The notes under the pieces: generated by a model
Databases searched by the model: none
Told to the model about the DNA's origin: nothing
The model's input: the letters and a program-made list of their open reading frames with translations, nothing else
Shown here: positions 1 through 8,341 of the stretch, one piece after another
How positions within the stretch are numbered: position 1 is the stretch's first letter
Layout of the letters: the number at the start of each line of letters is the position of its first letter
Source: a bacterium
GTDB lineage: Bacteria; Hydrothermota; Tepidihabitantia; SM23-42; JAOAFX01
Length of the DNA stretch: 64,000 nucleotides
Assembly (NCBI GenBank): GCA_036796695.1
Contig: DAIRCK010000012.1
Span: 8,524 to 72,523 of the forward strand
Reading direction: 5' to 3'
Made by a program: the position numbers and the translations under genes

Positions 1-1
1 C

Positions 2-733
2 GGACCACCAGGTGGAGAGTCACCCCTTTATGTCATAGAAACCGGTCAGGATTCTCTATCTCCATTCTGTCTCCATCGGGATGGGAAAATTACCTATACC
101 AACTACTCAGTGGATTATGCAAATAGCGAACTATCCTATGAACTTTCTTTCCTTGATCCGACCTTCCCATTCCATAAAATAAAGGGAACCGCATATTTTG
201 AAGGCACGAGCAATAGAAACTATGAACTCTGGATAAATGGTGTAAAGAAACATTCCTTTGTCGTGCGACCAAATCAGGCATATAATTTTGAGGCGCTCAT
301 TCCCAGGGAGTTATATCAAAATAATCGTCGGGTTACATTGACAATAAAGAATCCCAGCAATACTGGTGTCTGTCTTGCAGGCTTGAGTGTGTATCGGAAA
401 CCAGCAAAGACACCGGGTGGTGGTCCACAATCCCTGGCTGAAAGGAAGATTGATGACCTGATTTCAATAAATCCCAATCCCTTCAAAGGAAAGGTGGAAA
501 TCAGATACACGATGCAGGATACACGATACAGGATACGGGATAGAAGTTTGAAGATTTATGATGCAACAGGCAGATTGGTCAAACAATTTAACCATTTAAC
601 CAATTGTTCATTTAACCAGGTTGTGTGGGATGGAACTGATGATAACGGACAGCAACTACCTGATGGTGTCTATTTTATTCATCTGAAGACCGAGGAAAAG
701 GAAATCACGAAGAAGGCGGTTATGTTGCAGTAA
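2..733 (+). CDS. Secreted protein, 5'-partial (frame is open to the window edge), with a T9SS C-terminal sorting domain
   Basis: Frame 2 has no stop back to nt 2. The C-terminus ...NPNPF...IRY...LKIYDATGRLV...VWDGTDDNGQQLPDGVYFIHL...KKAVMLQ is a typical Por/T9SS CTD. Confidence 0.7.
   Translation, partial: GPPGGESPLYVIETGQDSLSPFCLHRDGKITYTNYSVDYANSELSYELSFLDPTFPFHKIKGTAYFEGTSNRNYELWINGVKKHSFVVRPNQAYNFEALIPRELYQNNRRVTLTIKNPSNTGVCLAGLSVYRKPAKTPGGGPQSLAERKIDDLISINPNPFKGKVEIRYTMQDTRYRIRDRSLKIYDATGRLVKQFNHLTNCSFNQVVWDGTDDNGQQLPDGVYFIHLKTEEKEITKKAVMLQ
504..545 (+). repeat. Six imperfect heptanucleotide repeats (atacacg/atgcagg/atacagg...) inside the T9SS CTD coding sequence
   Basis: The 7-nt periodicity is visible in the sequence. 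A 17-mer (ggatacacgatgcagga) is shared with the array at 4942-5039. Confidence 0.6.
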
Positions 734-740
734 AAAAGAT

Positions 741-770
741 GCGGGAGCGAAGTTAAGACTTCGCTCCCGC
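741..770 (+). promoter_or_regulatory. Perfect 13-bp-stem hairpin (gcgggagcgaagt/taag/acttcgctcccgc) between the upstream stop codon and the RBS of the next gene; no T-run, so likely an intercistronic stability or processing element or a partial terminator
   Basis: The inverted repeat is visible directly. It is followed immediately by AGGAGG and the ATG at 779. Confidence 0.5.
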
Positions 771-778
771 AGGAGGTT

Positions 779-2521
779 ATGAAAATGAGATCTTCATTCA
801 CTTTTTGTCTGTTGATTTGTCTCATCTCATCAGGAACCAGTATCACTTTTCGCAGGGTAGTAGATATTCCAGATGTGGGGGCGTGGCAAAGGGTCCTGGC
901 ATTTGATACTGACCATGATGGCAAACAAAACCTCATTTTTGACGAAAATCACCCTAATTATAGAGTGATTACCATTTGGGAATATGATAACTATGACCGG
1001 TATTTCTGCGAGGATACAGTTACCTATCCTTTGAATGGATTTATCCCAGTATTTGGTGTTGGTTATCTGGATACAGATTCATTGGTAGATATGGTTGGGA
1101 CTACTAACGGCCTCTGGCCGTATCCAATATATGTCTTTGAGTCGCCAACATATCATTCAAATCCAAAAAATATTGTCTGGCAGGATAGCTTATTTGGAAA
1201 CAATGGCGGTAGTTACATAACCGACCTTGACCAGGATGGGTTAAAAGAAATAATTATTGGATACGGGCAAGGCTGGACTCGGATGTATGAAAATGCTGGT
1301 GATAATCGGTATTCACTGGTCTGGCAAGATAAATCCTACGCTGTCGGGAATGTTATCAATGGTGATTTTGATTTAGACGGCAAAATTGAACTTATTCCTG
1401 GCGGTGACGGGTATGGGGAGGTGTGGGTCTGGGAATGCATCGGTAATAATCATTACCAACTGGTTTTTCAAGATACCCTCCCGTGGGTCAACAACTATGA
1501 TGTTTTTTCCGCCCATGATATGGATGGGAATGGTAAACCGGAATTTTTGTTTACTTCGGTGCATTATTCTCAGGGAAGAGCCTGGCTCTATCTGTATGAA
1601 ACGATTGGTGATAACAATTATGATTGGTGTCTTGTTGATTCAATGACTAATTTACCAATAAGTCTGGGTAGGCAAACGAGTGCGTGTGGTGATGTTGATG
1701 CTGATGGCAGGGAGGAAATTGTCTGGTCAACTTTTAACCAGTGGCATATTTATAAGGCAGTTGGTATTCATCAATATCAAAAAATTTATAGTAGCAGCTG
1801 GACAACCCATGAGTCTAAAATGATGAATGTTTGTGATTTGAATGGAAACGGTTATCCTGAAGTCATTGAGTCTTGGACAGTGTTATATAATACTGGTACA
1901 ACTATCTGGGAGATTGCGGGTGTGCATATTATCCAGCCGAATTATGGTTATATTTTGCATCCTGGAGAAGACTATCAAATTGCCTGGCAGAGATTTGACC
2001 CACCAGGTGCAGATTCATTTGCTTTATTCTTTTCTTTTGATAATGGCAATACCTATGATACAATTGCCTTGGGAATTCCAGGTAGTGATACTACCTATCA
2101 ATGGATTGTGCCCAATGTCATCTCTGACTCCTGCAAGATAATGATCTGGGCTTATGGGCCTCCAAGACCGGGTGAGCAACGACCCCGGGGCATTGTCTGG
2201 GATTTTGGTGATTTCAAGATTAGGCCGGGCTCAGATGTTGCTGAGACCCAATACCGACCAGCATATTATAACCTCAGGATTTCACCGAATCCAGTACGAA
2301 ATGAGAACCTGAGAATCCAGTATTCAGTGCCGAAATTATCAAAAGTGAAACTCGCCATTTATAACACCCTGGGTCAGTTAGAACAGGTGCTAATTGATAA
2401 AGATATGGCACCAGGAATTTATGAATTAAATCTGAGGCAAAATCTGCCAAATGGCATCCATTTTCTGCAATTGTCTGCAGATAAAAAGACAATCACTGAA
2501 AAGGTGGTGATAATAAGATGA
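779..2521 (+). CDS. FG-GAP (integrin-alpha-like beta-propeller) repeat protein with signal peptide and T9SS C-terminal domain, paralog A
   Basis: Repeated D-x-D-x-D-G motifs (DHDGKQNL, DLDQDGLKE, DFDLDGKIE, HDMDGNGKPE, GDVDADGREE, CDLNGNGYPE). The N-terminus is hydrophobic and the CTD reads ISPNPVRNENLRIQY...AIYNTLGQ. Confidence 0.8.
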   Translation: MKMRSSFTFCLLICLISSGTSITFRRVVDIPDVGAWQRVLAFDTDHDGKQNLIFDENHPNYRVITIWEYDNYDRYFCEDTVTYPLNGFIPVFGVGYLDTDSLVDMVGTTNGLWPYPIYVFESPTYHSNPKNIVWQDSLFGNNGGSYITDLDQDGLKEIIIGYGQGWTRMYENAGDNRYSLVWQDKSYAVGNVINGDFDLDGKIELIPGGDGYGEVWVWECIGNNHYQLVFQDTLPWVNNYDVFSAHDMDGNGKPEFLFTSVHYSQGRAWLYLYETIGDNNYDWCLVDSMTNLPISLGRQTSACGDVDADGREEIVWSTFNQWHIYKAVGIHQYQKIYSSSWTTHESKMMNVCDLNGNGYPEVIESWTVLYNTGTTIWEIAGVHIIQPNYGYILHPGEDYQIAWQRFDPPGADSFALFFSFDNGNTYDTIALGIPGSDTTYQWIVPNVISDSCKIMIWAYGPPRPGEQRPRGIVWDFGDFKIRPGSDVAETQYRPAYYNLRISPNPVRNENLRIQYSVPKLSKVKLAIYNTLGQLEQVLIDKDMAPGIYELNLRQNLPNGIHFLQLSADKKTITEKVVIIR

Positions 2522-5214
2522 AGATAATCATTGGATTTTTGGTATCTCTATTATTTTTAGAAATTGGGTTAAGCCTTGAAAATAATGCTTTTATCGTGGA
2601 CACAAACATTGTCTATTCTTTTGCCCGTTACCATCAGAAAAATCCCTGCATTGGGTTTGATGGTATGAATAGTCTTGTTGTCTGGGAGGATTATCGGGAT
2701 ACCACAGTAGATATCTATGGTGCGCGGATAACAGAATCAGGGATGGTTCTTGATCCTGCTGGAATACTGATTTCATATGCCCGCAATGACCAATATAAAC
2801 CTGCGGTTGCTTCTGGTCTGGGAAATTATCTGGTTGTCTGGGAAGACTCAAGAGGAGGTTCAGAGATTTATGGGGCACGGATCACATCCAGTGGTTTAGT
2901 CCTTGATACCGCTGGAATTGCTATCACATCTACACCAAATTCCCAGGTGCGACCTGCGGTTGCCTTTGATGGCACAAATTATTTTGTGGTCTGGCAGGAC
3001 AATCGGAGTGGTGTATCTTTTGATATCTATGGGGCAAGGGTCACTACAGAAGGTGTGGTCATTGATACTTCAGGGATAATGATTACTTCAGCGCCAAAGG
3101 ACCAGGAATCACCAGTGGTTGGTTTTGATGGGGTAAACTATTTTGTCATCTGGCAGGACTGGCGCAATGACCCAGGAACTTATACCAATTCTGATATTTA
3201 TGGTGCTCGGGTGACACAGTCAGGGGTTGTGCTTGATACTGGAGGAGTTCAAATTTGTGGTGCATTGGATAACCAATATTTGCCGCATTTAGATTTTGAT
3301 GGCACGAATTATCTGGTGGTATGGGAGGATTACCGAAGCGGGATATACTCAGATATCTATGGCACCCGGGTTACACCATCTGGAATGATTATTGATACCA
3401 ATGCCATTGCCATCTCTGTGGCTGAGAATTATCAGACTGCGCCCCGGGTTACCTATGCTGGGGATAACTACTTTGTCATCTGGGCAGACCAGCGCACAGG
3501 TTCATATCCGGATATTTACGGTGCACGGGTGAGCCCTTCTGGTGTAGTCCTTGACACTACCGGGATTAAGGTAACAGACCTTCCTTTTGCCCAATATATG
3601 CCTGCGATAGGCTTTAATCATAACTATTTTATTGCCCTGTGGCAGGACTTTCGGAATAGTGACCTTTCTGATATTTATGGGGCAAGGATAATGTTTACGG
3701 GAAATGTGATAGATACAGCCGGCATTCTCATCTCCACTGAGGCAAATTTGCAGGAAGAGCCCCAGGTTGCTTTTGATGGTACAAATTATCTCCTTGTGTG
3801 GCAGGATTGGCGCAATGATGCGGGTGACCGCAGGAATGCAGATATATATGGCATCAGAATTTCAGCAAGTGGTGCAATCCTTGATTCCGCTCCAATTGCC
3901 ATCTGCACTGCGATAAACAATCAGGTCCATCCGAGGATTGATTTTGATGGGATAAACTATCTTGTGGTCTGGGAGGATTGGCGTTATAGTCCTTTTGAGA
4001 ATAGTGATATTTATGGGGTTCGGGTCAGTCCTTCAGGTGTGATAATTGATTCGGTTGATATTTTAATCTCCTCTGCACCAAGAAATCAGAATACCCCATC
4101 AGTTTGTTTTGGGGGCACAAATTATCTTGTGGTCTGGAAGGATTGCCGAAATTACTATTATGGAGACATTTATGCCACGCGTGTAACAACCTCAGGAATT
4201 GTGCTTGATTCTGCAGGTATCCCCATTTCCACTGGAGGTTCTAAGGCAAATCCCGAGGTTTCTTATGATGGGACAAACTATTTTATAGTCTGGCAGCAGA
4301 AGGATTATATGGGTTGGGATGATATTTATGGCGCGCGGCTTAACCCGGGCGGGAATCTTATAGATACGCTCGCAAAACCAATATCAACTGCTCCTTATGA
4401 CCAGATAAACCCTTCCATTGCCTTTGATGGTGTGAATTATTTTATAGTATGGCTGGATGCCCGGGGATTTCCACCACCTGATACTGATATATACGGTGCA
4501 CGGGTCTCATCCACAGGGATTGTCCTTGACACCTCAGGAATACCCCTTGCTACTTCAAATTATAGCCAGCATAACCCGAGTGTGTTATGGGGTGGTGCAG
4601 ATTATCTGGTATTATACAGTGAATGGCGGTATACGCAGCCAGCCAATGGATGGGATATTTATGGTCTGAGAGTATCCCCTTCGGGCATAATCATTGATTC
4701 ATTTGCAATTACGAACAAACCTGGTGATCAGATATCGCCTGCCCTAACAAAAGGCCCTGGTGAGCAGATTTTGATTACCTATTCAGGTTATGCTGATTCG
4801 GTTAACAATCATATTGCAAGAACCCAGCGAATCTGGGTTGAATACTTTCCACCTGTGGGCACCAGCGAGAAGATTCAAAAGTTGCCAAACAAACTGATTG
4901 CAATATATCCGAATCCATTCAGAGAAAAATTGATAATCAGATACATGATACAGGATGCAGGATTTATAATACAGGATACACGATGCAGGAGTGAAGTACT
5001 CAGTAGCCAGTATCCAGTAGCCAGTATAAAGATTTATGATGTGGATGGTAGAATGGTTCGTGATTTTTCTCGGTTAACGGTAGTCGGTGAACGGTCAACG
5101 ATTCTCTGGGATGGAACTGATGATAATGGACAGCAACTACCTGATGGTGTCTATTTCTTAAAACTGAATGTCGGCAATGAAACGATCACAACGAAGGCGG
5201 TTCTGCTGAGATAG
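2518..5214 (+). CDS. Secreted protein with about 13 tandem ~50-aa PD40/TolB-like beta-propeller repeats (consensus DIYGARVT-SG-VLD--GI-I------Q--PAVAFDGTNY-VVW-D-R) and a T9SS C-terminal domain
   Basis: The repeat periodicity can be read directly from the translation. The start overlaps the upstream stop (ATGA). The CTD ends DGVYFLKL...KAVLLR. Confidence 0.75.
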   Translation: MKIIIGFLVSLLFLEIGLSLENNAFIVDTNIVYSFARYHQKNPCIGFDGMNSLVVWEDYRDTTVDIYGARITESGMVLDPAGILISYARNDQYKPAVASGLGNYLVVWEDSRGGSEIYGARITSSGLVLDTAGIAITSTPNSQVRPAVAFDGTNYFVVWQDNRSGVSFDIYGARVTTEGVVIDTSGIMITSAPKDQESPVVGFDGVNYFVIWQDWRNDPGTYTNSDIYGARVTQSGVVLDTGGVQICGALDNQYLPHLDFDGTNYLVVWEDYRSGIYSDIYGTRVTPSGMIIDTNAIAISVAENYQTAPRVTYAGDNYFVIWADQRTGSYPDIYGARVSPSGVVLDTTGIKVTDLPFAQYMPAIGFNHNYFIALWQDFRNSDLSDIYGARIMFTGNVIDTAGILISTEANLQEEPQVAFDGTNYLLVWQDWRNDAGDRRNADIYGIRISASGAILDSAPIAICTAINNQVHPRIDFDGINYLVVWEDWRYSPFENSDIYGVRVSPSGVIIDSVDILISSAPRNQNTPSVCFGGTNYLVVWKDCRNYYYGDIYATRVTTSGIVLDSAGIPISTGGSKANPEVSYDGTNYFIVWQQKDYMGWDDIYGARLNPGGNLIDTLAKPISTAPYDQINPSIAFDGVNYFIVWLDARGFPPPDTDIYGARVSSTGIVLDTSGIPLATSNYSQHNPSVLWGGADYLVLYSEWRYTQPANGWDIYGLRVSPSGIIIDSFAITNKPGDQISPALTKGPGEQILITYSGYADSVNNHIARTQRIWVEYFPPVGTSEKIQKLPNKLIAIYPNPFREKLIIRYMIQDAGFIIQDTRCRSEVLSSQYPVASIKIYDVDGRMVRDFSRLTVVGERSTILWDGTDDNGQQLPDGVYFLKLNVGNETITTKAVLLR
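4942..5039 (+). repeat. About 14 imperfect heptanucleotide repeats (atacagg/atgcagg/atacacg, then tagccag/tatccag) inside the CTD coding sequence of the PD40-like protein
   Basis: The 7-nt periodicity spans about 98 nt. It encodes the atypical insert MIQDAGFIIQDTRCRSEVLSSQYPVASIK between conserved CTD strands. Confidence 0.6.
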
Positions 5215-5227
5215 GTAGAATCTTTTT

Positions 5228-5253
5228 GGGGTGGGAGGTAAACCTCCCACCCC
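5228..5253 (+). promoter_or_regulatory. Hairpin (ggggtgggagg/taaa/cctcccacccc) between the stop of the upstream gene and the RBS of FG-GAP paralog B; positional analog of the hairpin at 741-770
   Basis: Perfect 11-bp inverted repeat, followed by GGGAGG and ATG ATG. Confidence 0.5.
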
Positions 5254-5261
5254 AGGGAGGA

Positions 5262-6995
5262 ATGATGAGACTCTTAATAATTGTGTTTGTATTATGTGGC
5301 TTTATTTCTTTTGGTGTGTGCATCAGTTTTCGCAAGACTGCTGAAATTCCAAGTGGTGCGATGGATAAAGCCTTTGGTTTTGATACTGACCACGATGGCA
5401 AACAAAATTTAGTATTAAGTTTTAATGGAATACAATTTTGGGAGCACATTGGTTTTGACCGATATATCTTAGAAGATACCGCCACACCATCGTGCTTATG
5501 TGACATAGGTTCTTCAGACTCAGATTCATTAACCGATATGGTCGGCAACATAAACGGTTTATGGCCCTATCCAATATATGTCTATGAATCGGCCACTTAT
5601 AATTCCAATCCCACGATTATCGTCTGGCAGGATAGCGGATTTATGAACATTGGTAACAGTTACATTACTGACCTTGACCAGGATGGGTTAAAAGAAATAC
5701 TCTTTGGATACTCTCCGATAGAACCTCCAAGATGGCGCACCTGTGTTTATGAAAATATTGGTGATAATCAGTATTCTCTGGTCTGGCAGGATACGACCTA
5801 TGCTATCTGGAGTGCTATCAATGGTGATTTTGACCTGGATGGTCAAACTGAATTTATCGCTGGTAGTGGCGGGTCTGGTTGGGTTTGGGTCTGGGAATGC
5901 GTAGGTAATAATCATTACCAGGTGGTTTTTCGAGATACCCTCCCGTGGCCTAACAACACTGATGTTTTTTCCGCCCATGATATGGATGGTAATGGTAAAC
6001 CGGAATTTTTGTTTACTTCAGTGGATTATTTTCATGGAAGAGCCTGGCTTTATCTGTATGAAACGATTGGTGATAACAACTATGATTTCTTTTTAGTTGA
6101 TTCAATTACAGGGATTCCTGGTAGTATGTTCTATCAAACCAGCATTTGCGGTGACATTGATGCTGATGGTAGGGAAGAAATCGTCTGGTCAACTTTTAAT
6201 CAATGGCATATTTATAAGGCAATTGGTATTCATCAATATCAAAAAATTTATAGCAGTGCCTGGACACTCCATGATTATAAAGTGATGAATGTCTGTGATT
6301 TGAATGGAAACGGGTATCCTGAGGTCATTGAGGCCTGGTCCCAGAATGGAATACCATCTATTGAAGGGACAACCATCTGGGAGATTGAGGGTGTGCATAT
6401 TATCCAGCCGAATTATGGTTATATTTTACATCCTGGAGAAGACTATCAAATTGCCTGGCAGAGATTTAACCCGCCCGGTGCAGATTCATTTGCCTTATTC
6501 TTTTCTTTTGATAATGGCAATACCTATGATACAATTGCCTTGGGAATTCCAGGTAGTGATACTACCTATCAATGGATTGTGCCCAATGTCATCTCTGACT
6601 CCTGCAAGATAATGATCTGGGCTTATGGGCCTCCAAGACCGGGTGAGCAACGACCCCGGGGCATTGTCTGGGATTTTGGTGATTTCAAGATTAGGCCGGG
6701 CTCAGATGTTGCTGAGACCCAATACCGACCAGCATATTATAACCTCAGGATTTCACCGAATCCAGTGCGAAATGAGAACCTGAGAATCCAGTATTCAGTG
6801 CCGAAATCATCAAAAGTGAGACTCGCGATTTATAATACTTTGGGTCAGTTAGAGGAGATGCTGGTGGATAAAGAGATAGCACCAGGGATTTATGAAATTG
6901 GATTAATAAATCCCTTGACAGACGGTGTCTATTTTGTAAAATTAACTACTGATGGAAAAATAATTACCAAAAAATGTGTGATATTAAAGAATTAA
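5262..6995 (+). CDS. FG-GAP repeat protein with T9SS C-terminal domain, paralog B of 779-2521
   Basis: Same architecture as paralog A. Nucleotides about 6379-6823 are almost identical to 1893-2340. The start was chosen at the ATG after the RBS; the ORF track begins at 5226. Confidence 0.8.
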   Translation: MMRLLIIVFVLCGFISFGVCISFRKTAEIPSGAMDKAFGFDTDHDGKQNLVLSFNGIQFWEHIGFDRYILEDTATPSCLCDIGSSDSDSLTDMVGNINGLWPYPIYVYESATYNSNPTIIVWQDSGFMNIGNSYITDLDQDGLKEILFGYSPIEPPRWRTCVYENIGDNQYSLVWQDTTYAIWSAINGDFDLDGQTEFIAGSGGSGWVWVWECVGNNHYQVVFRDTLPWPNNTDVFSAHDMDGNGKPEFLFTSVDYFHGRAWLYLYETIGDNNYDFFLVDSITGIPGSMFYQTSICGDIDADGREEIVWSTFNQWHIYKAIGIHQYQKIYSSAWTLHDYKVMNVCDLNGNGYPEVIEAWSQNGIPSIEGTTIWEIEGVHIIQPNYGYILHPGEDYQIAWQRFNPPGADSFALFFSFDNGNTYDTIALGIPGSDTTYQWIVPNVISDSCKIMIWAYGPPRPGEQRPRGIVWDFGDFKIRPGSDVAETQYRPAYYNLRISPNPVRNENLRIQYSVPKSSKVRLAIYNTLGQLEEMLVDKEIAPGIYEIGLINPLTDGVYFVKLTTDGKIITKKCVILKN

Positions 6996-7016
6996 AAAAA
7001 CAGAAAATTCCTCTTA

Positions 7017-7056
7017 CTCCCCCTTTTCCAAAGGGGGAGACAAGGGGATTTTTTTT
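7017..7056 (+). terminator. Rho-independent terminator (ctccccc...gggggag stem plus T8 run) after the T9SS cassette
   Basis: A GC-rich inverted repeat is followed by tttttttt. Confidence 0.6.
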
Positions 7057-7084
7057 CTTCAACCGAATGACCATTGACGCATCA

Positions 7085-7308
7085 CGATACGAGCAGCGAA
7101 ACCGTATAACGATAGACGATAAAAATAGGGACTTCAGTCCTGAGAAATTTGAGGCTAAACTCTCTACTCCATATTTTTTCTCGCTACTTGCTACTCTCTA
7201 CTCGCTACTCTCTACAGAGTTAATAATTTTGAATTTGTTTCGGATTTCGTGCTTCGGATTTCGGATTTAACTCTGATACGGGACGCGACACCGTATAACG
7301 ATTAACGA
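7085..7308. repeat. Two approximately 35-bp direct repeats (gatacgagcagcgaaaccgtataacgatagacgat and gatacgggacgcgacaccgtataacgattaacgat) flanking about 155 bp of low-complexity tandem repeats (tactcgctactctc x2, ttcggat x4) and a small hairpin
   Basis: Seen directly in the sequence. The region is noncoding in any plausible frame. Confidence 0.45.
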
Positions 7309-8330
7309 TCTTTTTCTCCATCGGTTCTGCCAATCGCCCTAATTATATGCCTCAATTCCTCTATCAATATTTTAAAACCATCAATGGTCAAGGATTGGGG
7401 ACCATCTGACAATGCCTTATCTGGATTATTATGAACCTCAACCATTATTCCATCTGCACCTGCGGCAATCGCTGCCCTGGAAAGGGGCAAGACCATATCC
7501 CTTTTTCCTGAAGCATGGCTCGGGTCTACAATTACGGGCAGATGTGATACTTTCTTTAATTCAGGAATACTACTAATGTCAAGGGTAAAACGGGTGAAAT
7601 CACTAAATGTCCTTATCCCCCTTTCGCAAAGAATGACATTATAATTACCTTCAGACATTATATATTCTGCAGCAAGGAGAAATTCTTGGATTGTTGATGC
7701 CATTCCCCTTTTTAATAAAATTGGTTTTTTGCTCAATCCTGCCTTTTTTAATAGCGAATAATTCTGCATATTCCTGGCACCAATCTGGATAACATCAACA
7801 TACTCTTCAACAAGAGGAAATGTCTCGGTATCAATCGCCTCTGAGACAACTGGCAAACCCGTTTCTTTCTTTGCTTTAGCAAGGATCTTTAGTCCTTTCT
7901 CACCAAGACCCTGGAATGTGTATGGTGAGGTCCTTGGCTTGAATGCCCCTCCCCTGAGCATATCTGCACCAAAACTCTTTACTGCCCTGGCAATCTCAAT
8001 GGTCTGTTTTTCAGACTCAACTGCGCAGGGCCCAGCAATGATTACTGGTTTTCTATCTCCAATTATTACATCACCAACCTTTATCTTTGTATCATCCGGT
8101 TTCATCTCCCTGCTGGTCAGTTTATAAGGCTTGGTAACGACAATCACATCTATCACACCATCAAGCCCCTCAAGCCTATTTTTATCAACCATATCTTTAT
8201 TTCCTGTTATACCGATTGCTACACGCTGGGCACCCTTTATAGGGTGTGGTTTCAAACCCATCTGTTTTATAACCCTGCACACATTTTTAATCTGTTCATC
8301 AGTTGCATCTTTATGCATCACAACGAGCAT
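7302..8330 (-). CDS. aroF: 3-deoxy-7-phosphoheptulonate (DAHP) synthase, type I-beta with N-terminal regulatory domain
   Basis: The core resembles the Thermotoga-type DAHPS/KDO8PS family (…IIAGPCAVES…KPRTSPY-FQG…). It sits at the 3' end of the aromatic supraoperon. Confidence 0.85.
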   Translation of the reverse strand: MLVVMHKDATDEQIKNVCRVIKQMGLKPHPIKGAQRVAIGITGNKDMVDKNRLEGLDGVIDVIVVTKPYKLTSREMKPDDTKIKVGDVIIGDRKPVIIAGPCAVESEKQTIEIARAVKSFGADMLRGGAFKPRTSPYTFQGLGEKGLKILAKAKKETGLPVVSEAIDTETFPLVEEYVDVIQIGARNMQNYSLLKKAGLSKKPILLKRGMASTIQEFLLAAEYIMSEGNYNVILCERGIRTFSDFTRFTLDISSIPELKKVSHLPVIVDPSHASGKRDMVLPLSRAAIAAGADGIMVEVHNNPDKALSDGPQSLTIDGFKILIEELRHIIRAIGRTDGEKDR

Positions 8331-8341
8331 ATTACCTCCTT

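Noticed and set aside
2518-5214. BNR/Asp-box sialidase or Kelch assignment for the 50-aa repeats
   Set aside because: The S-x-D-x-G-x-T-W Asp-box and the Kelch GG…Y…W spacing do not fit. The W-D-R … D-I-Y-G … D-G pattern fits PD40/TolB-like blades better, although without a profile search this remains unconfirmed.
6974-7270. 98-aa ORF over the intergenic repeat region
   Set aside because: It is low-complexity and spans a terminator and tandem repeats, with no RBS; it is spurious.
7085-7308. CRISPR array
   Set aside because: There are only two long direct repeats, with internal short tandem repeats rather than regularly spaced repeat-spacer units, and no cas genes nearby.
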